From the sequence record MW218148.1: DNA of 64,000 bases; one strand, 5' to 3'. Below are positions 1 through 8,796 of the stretch, in pieces. Position numbers and translations under genes: made by a program. How positions within the stretch are numbered: position 1 is the stretch's first letter; each line of letters begins with the position of its first letter. The notes beneath the pieces were generated by a model, which made no database searches, had not been told where the DNA came from, and saw only the letters and a list, made by a program, of their open reading frames with translations.

Positions 1-2
1 TT

Positions 3-1085
3 GAAAATAATGGCAGTCATTATATTTCTTTCTCTTATAGCAAATTCCAACAAGGTCAAGCACCTATTACAGAAGATGTTTTAATTAGCTATCCTCACTT
101 AAAAGAGTTCAATACTTTTTTAAAGGCTACTTATTCAAGTATTAGTGAGAACTTTGACAAAATCTTTTCTAATAATCAAGTAACTCCAGAATACCAACAA
201 CACATCTGGCAATCACCTGAATTAATCTCAGGTAAACAAATTGCAATTGCACCGGGAGTAATTCAAAGTCAAAGAAATAATGGAAATGAAATTGGTTTCA
301 ATATCATGGTTAATGATACTAGTAAATATGACTTCTTAACAGCAAACACATTTATTAGCTTGGTTACTTTATTAGCTAGAATTACTAATGATCCATTAAC
401 TTTCCGTAATCAATGTATTCAAGCAGAAATGCAATCTAAAGAAATTGAAAATAATTACTTATTAAAAGGGTTATTAAGAGCTCAAGGTTTACCTACAGAC
501 ATGAGTAATCATCACATGGATGAAAAAGCTTCTTATGGAAATAACTCAGCTCCACGTAATAACTATAATAACAATAATAGCTATAACAATGGTGGAAACA
601 AGTTTGGTAACTTTGGTGGAGGTAATAACGGAAATTTTAATAGACCTCAGCAACAACAAGGAGGTTTTAACCAACAACAAGCACCACAACAAAGTAGTAA
701 TCCATTTGGAAATTTCGGTAATCCACAACAACAGCAGCAACCACAAAGTAGTCCAAATCCATTTAATACAGAACAAAGTAATGCTCAAGCACCACAACAA
801 AGTGGTAATCCATTTGATGTTGGTGGATCAAATGAAATCTCGGATGATGATTTACCATTTGTAACTAAAGAAGAAGTTAATACTCAACCTCAACAACAAG
901 ATAACAGACAGATTGACAAAGGTAACATGTTTAAAGATGCTGAAGTTAATAAAGAATCTGGTTCATTGGAAGAACTATCTAATACAGTTAATAAAGAAGA
1001 ATCAGGTAAGGCAGAATCTTTATTAAACGACTTTATTAAAAAAGGTAAAGAAACAGAGCAAGAAGATGACGATTTAGGTATCTAA
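3..1085 (+). CDS. Putative single-stranded DNA-binding protein (5'-truncated by window edge)
   Basis: Frame is open from position 3, so the ORF extends upstream of the track start at 306. Long G/N/Q/P-rich linker (QQQQGGFNQQQAPQQSSNPF), the SSB-type acidic tip DDDLPF (843-860) and a terminal DDDLGI. No OB fold can be confirmed from the visible part. Confidence 0.55.
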   Translation, partial: ENNGSHYISFSYSKFQQGQAPITEDVLISYPHLKEFNTFLKATYSSISENFDKIFSNNQVTPEYQQHIWQSPELISGKQIAIAPGVIQSQRNNGNEIGFNIMVNDTSKYDFLTANTFISLVTLLARITNDPLTFRNQCIQAEMQSKEIENNYLLKGLLRAQGLPTDMSNHHMDEKASYGNNSAPRNNYNNNNSYNNGGNKFGNFGGGNNGNFNRPQQQQGGFNQQQAPQQSSNPFGNFGNPQQQQQPQSSPNPFNTEQSNAQAPQQSGNPFDVGGSNEISDDDLPFVTKEEVNTQPQQQDNRQIDKGNMFKDAEVNKESGSLEELSNTVNKEESGKAESLLNDFIKKGKETEQEDDDLGI

Positions 1086-1095
1086 TCAGATTAAA

Positions 1096-1135
1096 ATATG
1101 ATCTAATATGGGTTAATATCCATATTAGGTCATAT
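1096..1135 (+). terminator. Hairpin, probable intrinsic terminator
   Basis: ATATGATCTAATATGG / CCATATTAGGTCATAT stem just after the stop codon, T-rich tract downstream. Confidence 0.6.
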
Positions 1136-1174
1136 TCCATCTTTTATTTTTTATAAAAAATTAAGATAAGGTAG

Positions 1175-2023
1175 TTGATATACATTATGGAAAACAAAAA
1201 TGACTTAAGCGAATTAGAAAGAATTATAAATGATATGGACACTATGGATGTTAAAGAAGTATTTAAAAAGGTAAGATCATCAGATTCAGATAGTAGTAAT
1301 GAAATTGATAAAGAGTCTTCTAAATATAAAGGAGATATTAAAGGTATTGTTACTAAAGAAGAATATGAAGAATTACCTTATTTAGGTAAGAAATGTATTC
1401 AATTTATGGAGAATTATGTAGCTGATAAAGAGGATTTAACTTTTGAAGATTATTTCGAAAGATACGCTAACACATATGGTAAAGATGAAATTAACTCATT
1501 TAAAAATACTATATACAGACTTAAGACAAGCAAAGTATTTACAATACAATCTTTAATAAGTATAGTTAATGTTATCGGTTATGAAGTTCATATGGAAGCT
1601 GAAGAGTTTAAACCTATGCAAAATCTTAGAGTATATAAACCTAAGAGAAAAGTAAACGCTTCTAGATTTATGGGTAAATTACATTTTGAATTAGATCCTA
1701 ATGTAGTATATGAAGATTTTATATTGGAATTTATAACATTCTTAGAAGATTTAGGTGATGAAGGTTATACTTTTGAAATGTTATTTGGAGAACTTGAATA
1801 TAATTCTGATGAAAGAAATCCAGTTAATAAACTTAAATCTACTTTAGATAAATTAATTAAGCAAGGTAAACTTACTTGGAAAACTATGGAAACAGTTTCT
1901 GAATGTTTAGGTATGAACCTTAAAGTTGATTTTAAGAAAGATACAATTGATACAGATGAGATCAAAAAATTTGATGCATCAAGTAGAATAAAACTTAGAG
2001 ATGATGATATTACTAAAAAGTAA
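1175..2023 (+). CDS. Protein with two tandem HTH-like repeats (putative DNA-binding regulator)
   Basis: Two similar segments, TIQSLISIVNVIGYEVHME and TWKTMETVSECLGMNLKVD, resemble the C-terminal helices of XRE-type HTH domains. Start may be ATG at 1187. Confidence 0.45.
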   Translation: MIYIMENKNDLSELERIINDMDTMDVKEVFKKVRSSDSDSSNEIDKESSKYKGDIKGIVTKEEYEELPYLGKKCIQFMENYVADKEDLTFEDYFERYANTYGKDEINSFKNTIYRLKTSKVFTIQSLISIVNVIGYEVHMEAEEFKPMQNLRVYKPKRKVNASRFMGKLHFELDPNVVYEDFILEFITFLEDLGDEGYTFEMLFGELEYNSDERNPVNKLKSTLDKLIKQGKLTWKTMETVSECLGMNLKVDFKKDTIDTDEIKKFDASSRIKLRDDDITKK

Positions 2024-2032
2024 TCAAAATAT

Positions 2033-2080
2033 ATCCCCTAACCTTATTAATTTAAGGTTAGGGGAATTTTATTTTTTTTT
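2033..2080. terminator. Bidirectional terminator, ATTAATTT-loop family
   Basis: CCCCTAACCTT-ATTAATTT-AAGGTTAGGGG between convergent genes; identical copy at about 29268. Confidence 0.8.
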
Positions 2081-3748
2081 TTATTCTATAGGTTCTTCTG
2101 GAGATTCTTCCACTTGTGAAGCAGTGATATTAATAGTAATATCTTTACTTACACTATCAGAAACAACCTTAACTTTAGCAGTTCCTTCAGCTTTAGCAGT
2201 TACAAGACCACTGTTGTTAACTGAAGCAAATTCAGTTCCTGAAGTAATAGAATAACTTACAGGGTTTCCTTTAGGATCTGTAGTTACTGTTAATTGTTGA
2301 GTTTCATTATCTTTCATATCAACACTATTAGGAGTAACTGTTAGACTTTTAGTCTTTACTCTAGTTACATTGACGTTAACTGTTTTACTAATAGAATCAG
2401 AACTTACTTTAACTTTAGCAGTTCCTATAGCTTTAGCAGTCACAAGACCACTACTATTAACAGAAACAACATTAGTTCCTTCAGTAATAGAATAATTTAC
2501 AGTGTTTGTAGATGGTTGAATTTTAACGTCTAACTGTTGAGATGATTCTGCATCTATGTTAATTTCTTCTGGAGTAACAGTTAGACTCTTAGTCTTTAAA
2601 CGACTTACATTAACCTCTACATTTTTAGAAACATTATCTGACTTAACTGTCACATTTGCAGTTCCTTCAGAAATACCAGTAATATTTCCTTTATTATCTA
2701 ATGAAGCAAATTCAGAACCGTCTTTTAATTCAAAGCTTACTGCTCTTCCTTCTGGTTCAGTAGTAACTTCTAATTTCTGAGTTTGTTCAGCTTCAATATT
2801 AACTGTCTCTGGAGTAACAGTTATACTTTTAGTTTGGTTAATACTTTCAAATTTTCCGTCTTTAGGATTATAAATAGAATATTCAAGTTTTTTATCAATT
2901 TCTTTTTGTATAGTTTCTTCACTTAAAATACGGATATTGAAATTAATAATATTATCTTGAATACTTCTCTCAAATACTTTAACTAAGACTTCGCCAGTTT
3001 TACTAAAGAATAATAAACGATTTTTATCTGCTTGATATTTAGTGTAACTTTCATCACTAATTTCTACATTTAATAATTGTATTAAGTTTTCTTTAGCTAC
3101 AGGAGTAACTTCTTTAGAATCAAAGTCTTTATAACCTAAAATTTTATCTAAAGGTAAAGTAGATTCTTTAAGAACGTTAATGTCTTGTTGTAATTGAACT
3201 AAACGACCTGTAAATTTACCGTATTCTTTAACTTTAATAAATACTGAATCAGAAACACGTTCAAATAAGTTTTTATGTCCTAAAGAAGTTGCGATATTGA
3301 ATTTATCTTGAGAATCTTTAGGGAAATATAATTTAACTTCGTATTCTTCATCTATTTCTAAATCTGAAGTAGGAATACTTAAGATTTCAGACTTAATTTC
3401 TTTAGCAGTATAAGTGTCTACTACAGTTTTGTCTGATAATTTAATTAAGTCAAATTTTAAAAGACCTAATACTTCACGATCATCAACTGGATTGATGTAG
3501 AAAGGAATATTGATAAATTTATCAGATTCTCCTTCAGTTTTAAAGTATACAGTTCTTCTATCATATTTAATCTTACCAGTTTCAGGAAGTGGTTTAACGT
3601 CAGTAATAGTCCAACCAGCTTGTTTTAAACTAGCTAAATCATTACCAGAAAGGATAACATCTTCTTTTGGTCCTTTTTCACCCAATCCTAAAAATGGAAT
3701 TAATTTTTCATCTAATAATTTTACTCTATAGTAGTTAGTAGTTGCCAT
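2081..3748 (-). CDS. Virion protein with three C-terminal Ig-like (Big_2) domains
   Basis: Three repeats of about 81 aa: S(I/L)TVTP...L.V...P...V.(F/Y)...G...SV...G.(I/V)T....G.A.V.V.SD.VSK.V.(V/I)NV. Confidence 0.85.
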   Translation of the reverse strand: MATTNYYRVKLLDEKLIPFLGLGEKGPKEDVILSGNDLASLKQAGWTITDVKPLPETGKIKYDRRTVYFKTEGESDKFINIPFYINPVDDREVLGLLKFDLIKLSDKTVVDTYTAKEIKSEILSIPTSDLEIDEEYEVKLYFPKDSQDKFNIATSLGHKNLFERVSDSVFIKVKEYGKFTGRLVQLQQDINVLKESTLPLDKILGYKDFDSKEVTPVAKENLIQLLNVEISDESYTKYQADKNRLLFFSKTGEVLVKVFERSIQDNIINFNIRILSEETIQKEIDKKLEYSIYNPKDGKFESINQTKSITVTPETVNIEAEQTQKLEVTTEPEGRAVSFELKDGSEFASLDNKGNITGISEGTANVTVKSDNVSKNVEVNVSRLKTKSLTVTPEEINIDAESSQQLDVKIQPSTNTVNYSITEGTNVVSVNSSGLVTAKAIGTAKVKVSSDSISKTVNVNVTRVKTKSLTVTPNSVDMKDNETQQLTVTTDPKGNPVSYSITSGTEFASVNNSGLVTAKAEGTAKVKVVSDSVSKDITINITASQVEESPEEPIE

Positions 3749-3768
3749 TATTAATTCATCATCCTTTC

Positions 3769-4242
3769 TTATTGATTTTGCAATAATAACTCGATTAAGT
3801 CTTTCTTACGAGCATTGTTCGCATATTCGATTTCTTTAGAATCTAATTCTTCTTTAAGTTCAGCAACAGTGAATTCATTTAAGTCTTCTTCTGTAACTTC
3901 AACTTCTTTAGCTTCTTCTTTAGACTCTTCTTCAGTTTCAGCTTCTTCCTCTTCTTGAGATTCAGGTTCTTCTACTTTTTCTTCAATTTTCTCATCAGCT
4001 TTATCCTCTACCGCTTCTGATACTTCTTGATCTTCAACTTTAGTTTCTTCTTCCTCTTTTTTACTACTAGGATATTCATAGTCTTCGTCAACAATAGTAA
4101 CATGTAAACCTAAACGTCTGAATAAACGGATTTGTGAACCTGAAGCTTGGAAAGGTTTAACAAAAGGACCTTTACCTTTACCAGGTACAAAAGCTTTTTC
4201 GTTAATGATAATGAAATTATTATCTTCTCTGAAATTTAACAT
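3769..4242 (-). CDS. Acidic virion-cluster protein with C-terminal HeH/LEM/SAP-like helix pair
   Basis: C-terminus LNEFTVAELKEELDSKEIEYANNARKKDLIELL; Glu-rich linker; N-terminal module shared with 8797..10077. Confidence 0.6.
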   Translation of the reverse strand: MLNFREDNNFIIINEKAFVPGKGKGPFVKPFQASGSQIRLFRRLGLHVTIVDEDYEYPSSKKEEEETKVEDQEVSEAVEDKADEKIEEKVEEPESQEEEEAETEEESKEEAKEVEVTEEDLNEFTVAELKEELDSKEIEYANNARKKDLIELLLQNQ

Positions 4243-4271
4243 ATGTTATTAATCTCCTTTATTATATTTTA

Positions 4272-4283
4272 TAAATAAAAGTT
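4272..4283 (-). promoter_or_regulatory. Late promoter variant AACT-N6-TA
   Basis: AACT ttTATT TA on the minus strand, 30 nt upstream of 4242. Confidence 0.45.
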
Positions 4284-4312
4284 ATAGAGGAATATTATAA
4301 AAATTCCTCTAT
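4284..4312 (-). terminator. Terminator after CHAP lysin
   Basis: ATAGAGGAAT / ATTCCTCTAT 10-bp stem at the stop codon. Confidence 0.6.
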
Positions 4313-5160
4313 TAACTAAACGTACCCCATGCAGATCCAATACGTTGTCCTTTACCATTAGATTTACCAATAGGTACATGAACGTATTGTCCTTTAAATT
4401 TACCAGATACCCAAATTAAACCATCGAAATCTTGGATTTCATCATATTTAATTGAGTCTCCTTTTTTCATTGCAGGTCCTTGAGGCCATCCAGTCCATGG
4501 ACCATTCTTACGTGTAATGATTCCTGAATCAACATTACATTTGAATGTAGCTTTTTCAGCTTTCCATAGGATACCGGCAGAATTACGTTTCCATTTACTA
4601 GTATTTGCAGTTGCTTTTTTAGCTGTTGCTTTCTTAACTACTTTCTTCTTAGTTGTAGCTTTTTTAGTAGCTGTCTTAGTTGTAGTTGATGCTTTCTTAG
4701 CTACAGTAGTTTTAGGCTTAGATGCAGATTCAAATGAAGGACGAATTACTCCCCAGAAACCTGTATAGTCATGAAATACTTTAGCGGCAGGTGAACCATT
4801 ACTTCCTGAGTTAAACCAGTTTTGGTCAACTGAATAGAAGTTATAAAGATTAGCTGAAGTGATAATTCCAGTATGTCCAAATTCTTCATAAGGTGCGTTA
4901 GCCCAAATAGCGATATCTCCAGCTTGAGGTAAGAAGTTAGCAGTATTCTTGATTAACTTCCAACCAGTAGGTAAAGTATTATCCTTAAGGTCTTTAGCGT
5001 TACCCCATGGCCAGAATTTACCATCTGTTAAGTAATTACAATAACCGATAGTTAAATCCATACATTGTGCTCCATAAGCTCCATCCATATCAAGTCTACG
5101 ACCAATACGATTATTAACCCAATTCAAAGCTTGAGTTTTAGTTTTCATAATATATTTCAA
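4312..5160 (-). CDS. Endolysin, CHAP domain + SH3b cell-wall-binding domain
   Basis: AQCMDL (catalytic Cys), GHTGII (His), VDQNW; K/T/A-rich linker; SH3_5-like C-terminus ending AWGTFS. ATG at 5148 is the better-spaced start. Confidence 0.9.
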   Translation of the reverse strand: MKYIMKTKTQALNWVNNRIGRRLDMDGAYGAQCMDLTIGYCNYLTDGKFWPWGNAKDLKDNTLPTGWKLIKNTANFLPQAGDIAIWANAPYEEFGHTGIITSANLYNFYSVDQNWFNSGSNGSPAAKVFHDYTGFWGVIRPSFESASKPKTTVAKKASTTTKTATKKATTKKKVVKKATAKKATANTSKWKRNSAGILWKAEKATFKCNVDSGIITRKNGPWTGWPQGPAMKKGDSIKYDEIQDFDGLIWVSGKFKGQYVHVPIGKSNGKGQRIGSAWGTFS

Positions 5161-5189
5161 TTCCTTTCTAAATTTTCTTTAGTTCTTTA

Positions 5190-5201
5190 TATTTAGTTGT
5201 T
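5190..5201 (-). promoter_or_regulatory. Late promoter AACA-N6-TA
   Basis: AACA actaaa TA upstream of the CHAP lysin. Confidence 0.65.
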
Positions 5202-5226
5202 CTTTATCATGGATTTTTTAATAGTC

Positions 5227-5264
5227 TCCCTAACGATCCTCTTTTATCAGATTCACGTTAGGGA
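5227..5264 (-). terminator. Hairpin between the two lysin genes
   Basis: TCCCTAACG / CGTTAGGGA stem with a 20-nt loop. Confidence 0.45.
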
Positions 5265-5287
5265 AATTATTAAGATGAGAACAAATA

Positions 5288-6244
5288 TTAACTAAATGTT
5301 CCCCATGCTGGACCAACACGTTTACCATTACTGTTAGATTTACCAACAGGTACATAAACATATTGACCATTTAGTTTACCTGAAACCCAGATATAACCAT
5401 CGAAATCTTGAATTTCATCATACTTAATTGACTGTCCTTTTTTAAGAAGAGGACCTTGAGGCCATCCAGTCCATGGACCACCTTTACGAGTTACAATACC
5501 TACTGATACACCACATTTAAATGTAGCTTTTTCAGTTTTCCATAGGATACCTGCAGAGTTACGTTTCCATGTAGTAGAAGTTTCATTAGTTGTTTTAGCA
5601 GGTTTAGGTGTAGCTTTGGTTTTAGTTTCTGTCTTTTTAACTGTATCAGCTTTTTTAGCTGTTGAAGTTGTAGCACCTGATTTCATGTAAGCTAATACTT
5701 TCTTATCTACATTACTAACACTACGAGACATACCACATGCAGCTAATAAGTTACCCGGATCTTGCTTATCTGCTTGAATATCCTGATGTCCAGGCATATT
5801 AGTCTCAGCGTTAACTTTTTCAGTCTTACATAAATAAGCTAAGATTCTACAGTAGTTATCGAATGATTTTAATGAACGAGTTCTATCAGTGAAGTAACAT
5901 CCTTCCACTCCAATAGCTCCATCATTAGCATCAATACCATACCACTGATTATCTGTAGGTGTATTATACATAACGTGCCATGCTTTTTCATCTAAAGGAA
6001 CACAAATAATACATTCTTTATCATCAACGAAAATATGAGCAGAAGCAGTAGCGTTCCAATCAATATTATACGTATTTTTATAATAGTCTACATTATTTTG
6101 TGCAGTCGTATTAGGATTACCAGTGTCATGAGCAACAATGAATTTAGGGCCAGTTAATTTATCTCCAGCTCTACGAGTACCAATAGGTAAGAAGTCTGTA
6201 TATACAGGAACTCCGTTCCAAGTACCAATGTGTTTTTTAGCCAT
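5288..6244 (-). CDS. Endolysin, N-acetylmuramoyl-L-alanine amidase (Amidase_2) + SH3b
   Basis: IVAHDTGN, SAHIFVD, AWH, IGVEGC, GHQDIQADKQDPG Zn-amidase motifs; SH3b highly similar to that of the neighbouring CHAP lysin. Confidence 0.9.
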   Translation of the reverse strand: MAKKHIGTWNGVPVYTDFLPIGTRRAGDKLTGPKFIVAHDTGNPNTTAQNNVDYYKNTYNIDWNATASAHIFVDDKECIICVPLDEKAWHVMYNTPTDNQWYGIDANDGAIGVEGCYFTDRTRSLKSFDNYCRILAYLCKTEKVNAETNMPGHQDIQADKQDPGNLLAACGMSRSVSNVDKKVLAYMKSGATTSTAKKADTVKKTETKTKATPKPAKTTNETSTTWKRNSAGILWKTEKATFKCGVSVGIVTRKGGPWTGWPQGPLLKKGQSIKYDEIQDFDGYIWVSGKLNGQYVYVPVGKSNSNGKRVGPAWGTFS

Positions 6245-6272
6245 AATTAAATTTTTCCTCCTTGAATTCTTA

Positions 6273-6284
6273 TATTAGTTTGTT
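6273..6284 (-). promoter_or_regulatory. Late promoter AACA-N6-TA
   Basis: AACA aactaa TA, 29 nt upstream of the amidase start. Confidence 0.6.
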
Positions 6285-6502
6285 TCTTCTTCTGTAGAAC
6301 TCCAAACATCAGTAGACATAATATCTAATGCTTCAGGAGCTTCTACTATTTGAACTTCTTCATTTTCATGTAAATTATTTGATAGTATCTCAGCATATTC
6401 TAAGTGACATATTGTCAAAGTTCCATCTACAGATTTTCTCCAGTGTTCAGTATTATAACCTAATTTATCAAAAAATTCTACATTTGCAATAGCAAACTTC
6501 AT
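6275..6502 (-). CDS. Small protein closing the LamG cassette (possible chaperone or cap)
   Basis: ATG at 6502 overlaps the upstream TAA (TAATG) with SD AAAGGTGG; 75 aa, MKFAIANVEFF... Confidence 0.6.
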   Translation of the reverse strand: MKFAIANVEFFDKLGYNTEHWRKSVDGTLTICHLEYAEILSNNLHENEEVQIVEAPEALDIMSTDVWSSTEEETN

Positions 6503-7239
6503 TACAATTTCCACCTTTCTTTTTCCAAATCAAAGTTATGGTTTATTTCTTCTTCAGTAAGTATTCTATCGTATATCCTTACGGTTTTAAATAATGTATT
6601 ATTTTTATCATTTACAGCTCGAATAATTTCTAAATCTAATCCCATTAAAGATATATTCTTACCAGTTGTATCACTATTAACACTACTTTTACTCATATTA
6701 TTACCATTAATAAAAATATTACGTTCTAAAATTTCCCCACCTGAAAGAGTAACGATCACATGTTGTAATCCAATATTACTTTCGGGGAAAGAGTAATACT
6801 CATGAAATAAACCAGTTGAATTATTTATATGCAAATCTAATTGACCATAGTGAAATATTAAACTGACCCTATCTGAACCATTAGCTAAAAAAAGTAAATA
6901 CTGCCAGTTTATTTTACTATCGTAAATATCAAATACTAATTCTAAAGTTAGATCTTTGTTTTTTCTACGAATAGGATTTTTACTTTTAATATAATCGTCA
7001 ACACCATCAAATTTTAAACCTTCTCCGGTATATCCACTATCATTAGTATAATTGAATCCAAATAAGTTACTATCGCTATCGTTTCCACTAAGGTCTTTTA
7101 AAGTATCTTTATTGGTATCATTGTTATTTATACCTTTTAATTCATACCATAATAATAGATTATCTTTAACTGGATTAGGGTAAATGATATCATTACCTTT
7201 ATAAAGTAAATTAATAGGTTTATTACCTAAACTGATCAT
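6502..7239 (-). CDS. LamG/concanavalin-A-like module 3 (putative receptor-binding protein)
   Basis: YPNPVKDNLLLWYELKG...LKDLSGN...LKFDGVDDYI...VRIYDRILTEEEINHNF, Laminin_G_3-like pattern. Confidence 0.75.
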   Translation of the reverse strand: MISLGNKPINLLYKGNDIIYPNPVKDNLLLWYELKGINNNDTNKDTLKDLSGNDSDSNLFGFNYTNDSGYTGEGLKFDGVDDYIKSKNPIRRKNKDLTLELVFDIYDSKINWQYLLFLANGSDRVSLIFHYGQLDLHINNSTGLFHEYYSFPESNIGLQHVIVTLSGGEILERNIFINGNNMSKSSVNSDTTGKNISLMGLDLEIIRAVNDKNNTLFKTVRIYDRILTEEEINHNFDLEKERWKL

Positions 7240-7242
7240 TAA

Positions 7243-7959
7243 TTATAACCCCCATCTCTCTTTTTCTATTTTATAGTCGTGTTGTATTTCTTGGTCAGTT
7301 AATGCTCGGTTGTAAGCTTTAACAGAAAGCATTTTACCTGTTAAATTTGTATTTCCTGATACCCATTTTCCTAACTTAGTTAGTTTTACTTCTCTAGTAG
7401 AGATTTCAGTGTTTACTGTTGATAGTAGTTCATCGTTTCCATATAGTTTTAAAGTTTTTGTATTATCGTCTAAAGTCATTGTTATTACTACTTTAGATTG
7501 ATTGTTTTGTTGCATTTTATAGAATAAAATATTACTATTAGATGTTGCACTTATTTGCTTGTCTGTATATACCGAACAGTGTAAAGCGTTATAATTTCTA
7601 CGCATGTAAAAGGCTTGCTGGTCAAAACCTGCAAAAAATTGTACATTTGCTGAAAAGTCCATATCTAAAGTCATAGTTAAAGTAAATGAATTACCTAAGA
7701 ATACGTCAGTTGATAAGTCATCATCAATATTATCAAATTTAAGACCATCATTATATCCACTATCATCTGTATAAGAAAAGTTTTGTAACGTTCCATTGTT
7801 ACCTTTACCGCTTAAATCTTTAGCAGTATTCTTACTCACATCACTATTTTTCATACCTTTAAAGTCATACCACAACACTAATCCATCTTTAATGGGATTT
7901 GGATATGTTAATTCATTACCTCTATATATGAAATTTATTGGATAGTTTCCTAATTTCAT
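7243..7959 (-). CDS. LamG/concanavalin-A-like module 2
   Basis: YPNPIKDGLVLWYDFKG...KDLSGKGNNGTL...LKFDNIDD...KAYNRALTDQEI. Start at 7959 via ATGA overlap with the upstream stop (track start 7971). Confidence 0.75.
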   Translation of the reverse strand: MKLGNYPINFIYRGNELTYPNPIKDGLVLWYDFKGMKNSDVSKNTAKDLSGKGNNGTLQNFSYTDDSGYNDGLKFDNIDDDLSTDVFLGNSFTLTMTLDMDFSANVQFFAGFDQQAFYMRRNYNALHCSVYTDKQISATSNSNILFYKMQQNNQSKVVITMTLDDNTKTLKLYGNDELLSTVNTEISTREVKLTKLGKWVSGNTNLTGKMLSVKAYNRALTDQEIQHDYKIEKERWGL

Positions 7960-8780
7960 CTCAAATCCCACCTTTTCTTCTCTATCTGATAATTATGCGC
8001 TACTTCCGCTTCAGATAAAACTCTATCATAAATTTTTAAAGAGTACATTTCATGTTCAAATCTTCTATAATATACGTCAGCACTACCCTGTCCGAAGAAA
8101 GTTATTAAATCTTTTTCTTGAGGGGTTGTGATAGTTATGTCATTCAATGGTTTCTCATCTTTTTTGGCACCATTCACATATAGAATTAATTTATCGTTTT
8201 TATCTAATGTAGCAGTTATATGGAACTCATCTCCGTATTTGTACCCTCCTATCGTGCTGTGAGAATACGCACTTCTTCCACCTTCAGCACCATAATAAGT
8301 GGATGCTGAAACAACAAATTCATCAGATGAAGTTATATTAAAGTCCTTTATAAACTGTATCCAAAATCTTCCGTAAGTTTTATTTGTCATAAATATTTCT
8401 GAACCTTGAGTCATTATTTTTTCTGTCATTTTCAAAGATATTTCTACACTAAATTTTTGACCGTTGTTTATTTTCTTCATATCTAATGTTTCAACCGTGT
8501 TATCTGGGTACTTTATAACAGGAATTAATCTGTCATCTATACCATCAAATTTAAGGCCTTTGTTTCCATAACCACTCTCATTTGTATAAGCGAAGTTAAG
8601 TTGTTGAGCTTCTAAATTACCATTACCGCTTAAATCTTTAGTGACACCCTTATTTACATCACTATTTTTCATACCTTTAAAGTCATACCATAAAACTAAT
8701 CCATCTTTAACCGGATTAGGATAAATCAATTTATTTCCTTGATATAAAAAGAATGCATCTAAACTTCCCATATTTATCAT
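7956..8780 (-). CDS. LamG/concanavalin-A-like module 1
   Basis: YPNPVKDGLVLWYDFKG...KDLSGNGN...LKFDGIDD...LYVNG...KIYDRVLSEAEV. Confidence 0.75.
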   Translation of the reverse strand: MINMGSLDAFFLYQGNKLIYPNPVKDGLVLWYDFKGMKNSDVNKGVTKDLSGNGNLEAQQLNFAYTNESGYGNKGLKFDGIDDRLIPVIKYPDNTVETLDMKKINNGQKFSVEISLKMTEKIMTQGSEIFMTNKTYGRFWIQFIKDFNITSSDEFVVSASTYYGAEGGRSAYSHSTIGGYKYGDEFHITATLDKNDKLILYVNGAKKDEKPLNDITITTPQEKDLITFFGQGSADVYYRRFEHEMYSLKIYDRVLSEAEVAHNYQIEKKRWDLR

Positions 8781-8796
8781 AATATAACCATCCTTT

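Noticed and set aside
6502-8780. Diversity-generating retroelement acting on the LamG genes
   Set aside because: No reverse transcriptase and no template/variable repeat pair differing only at adenines; the divergence covers whole domain cores.
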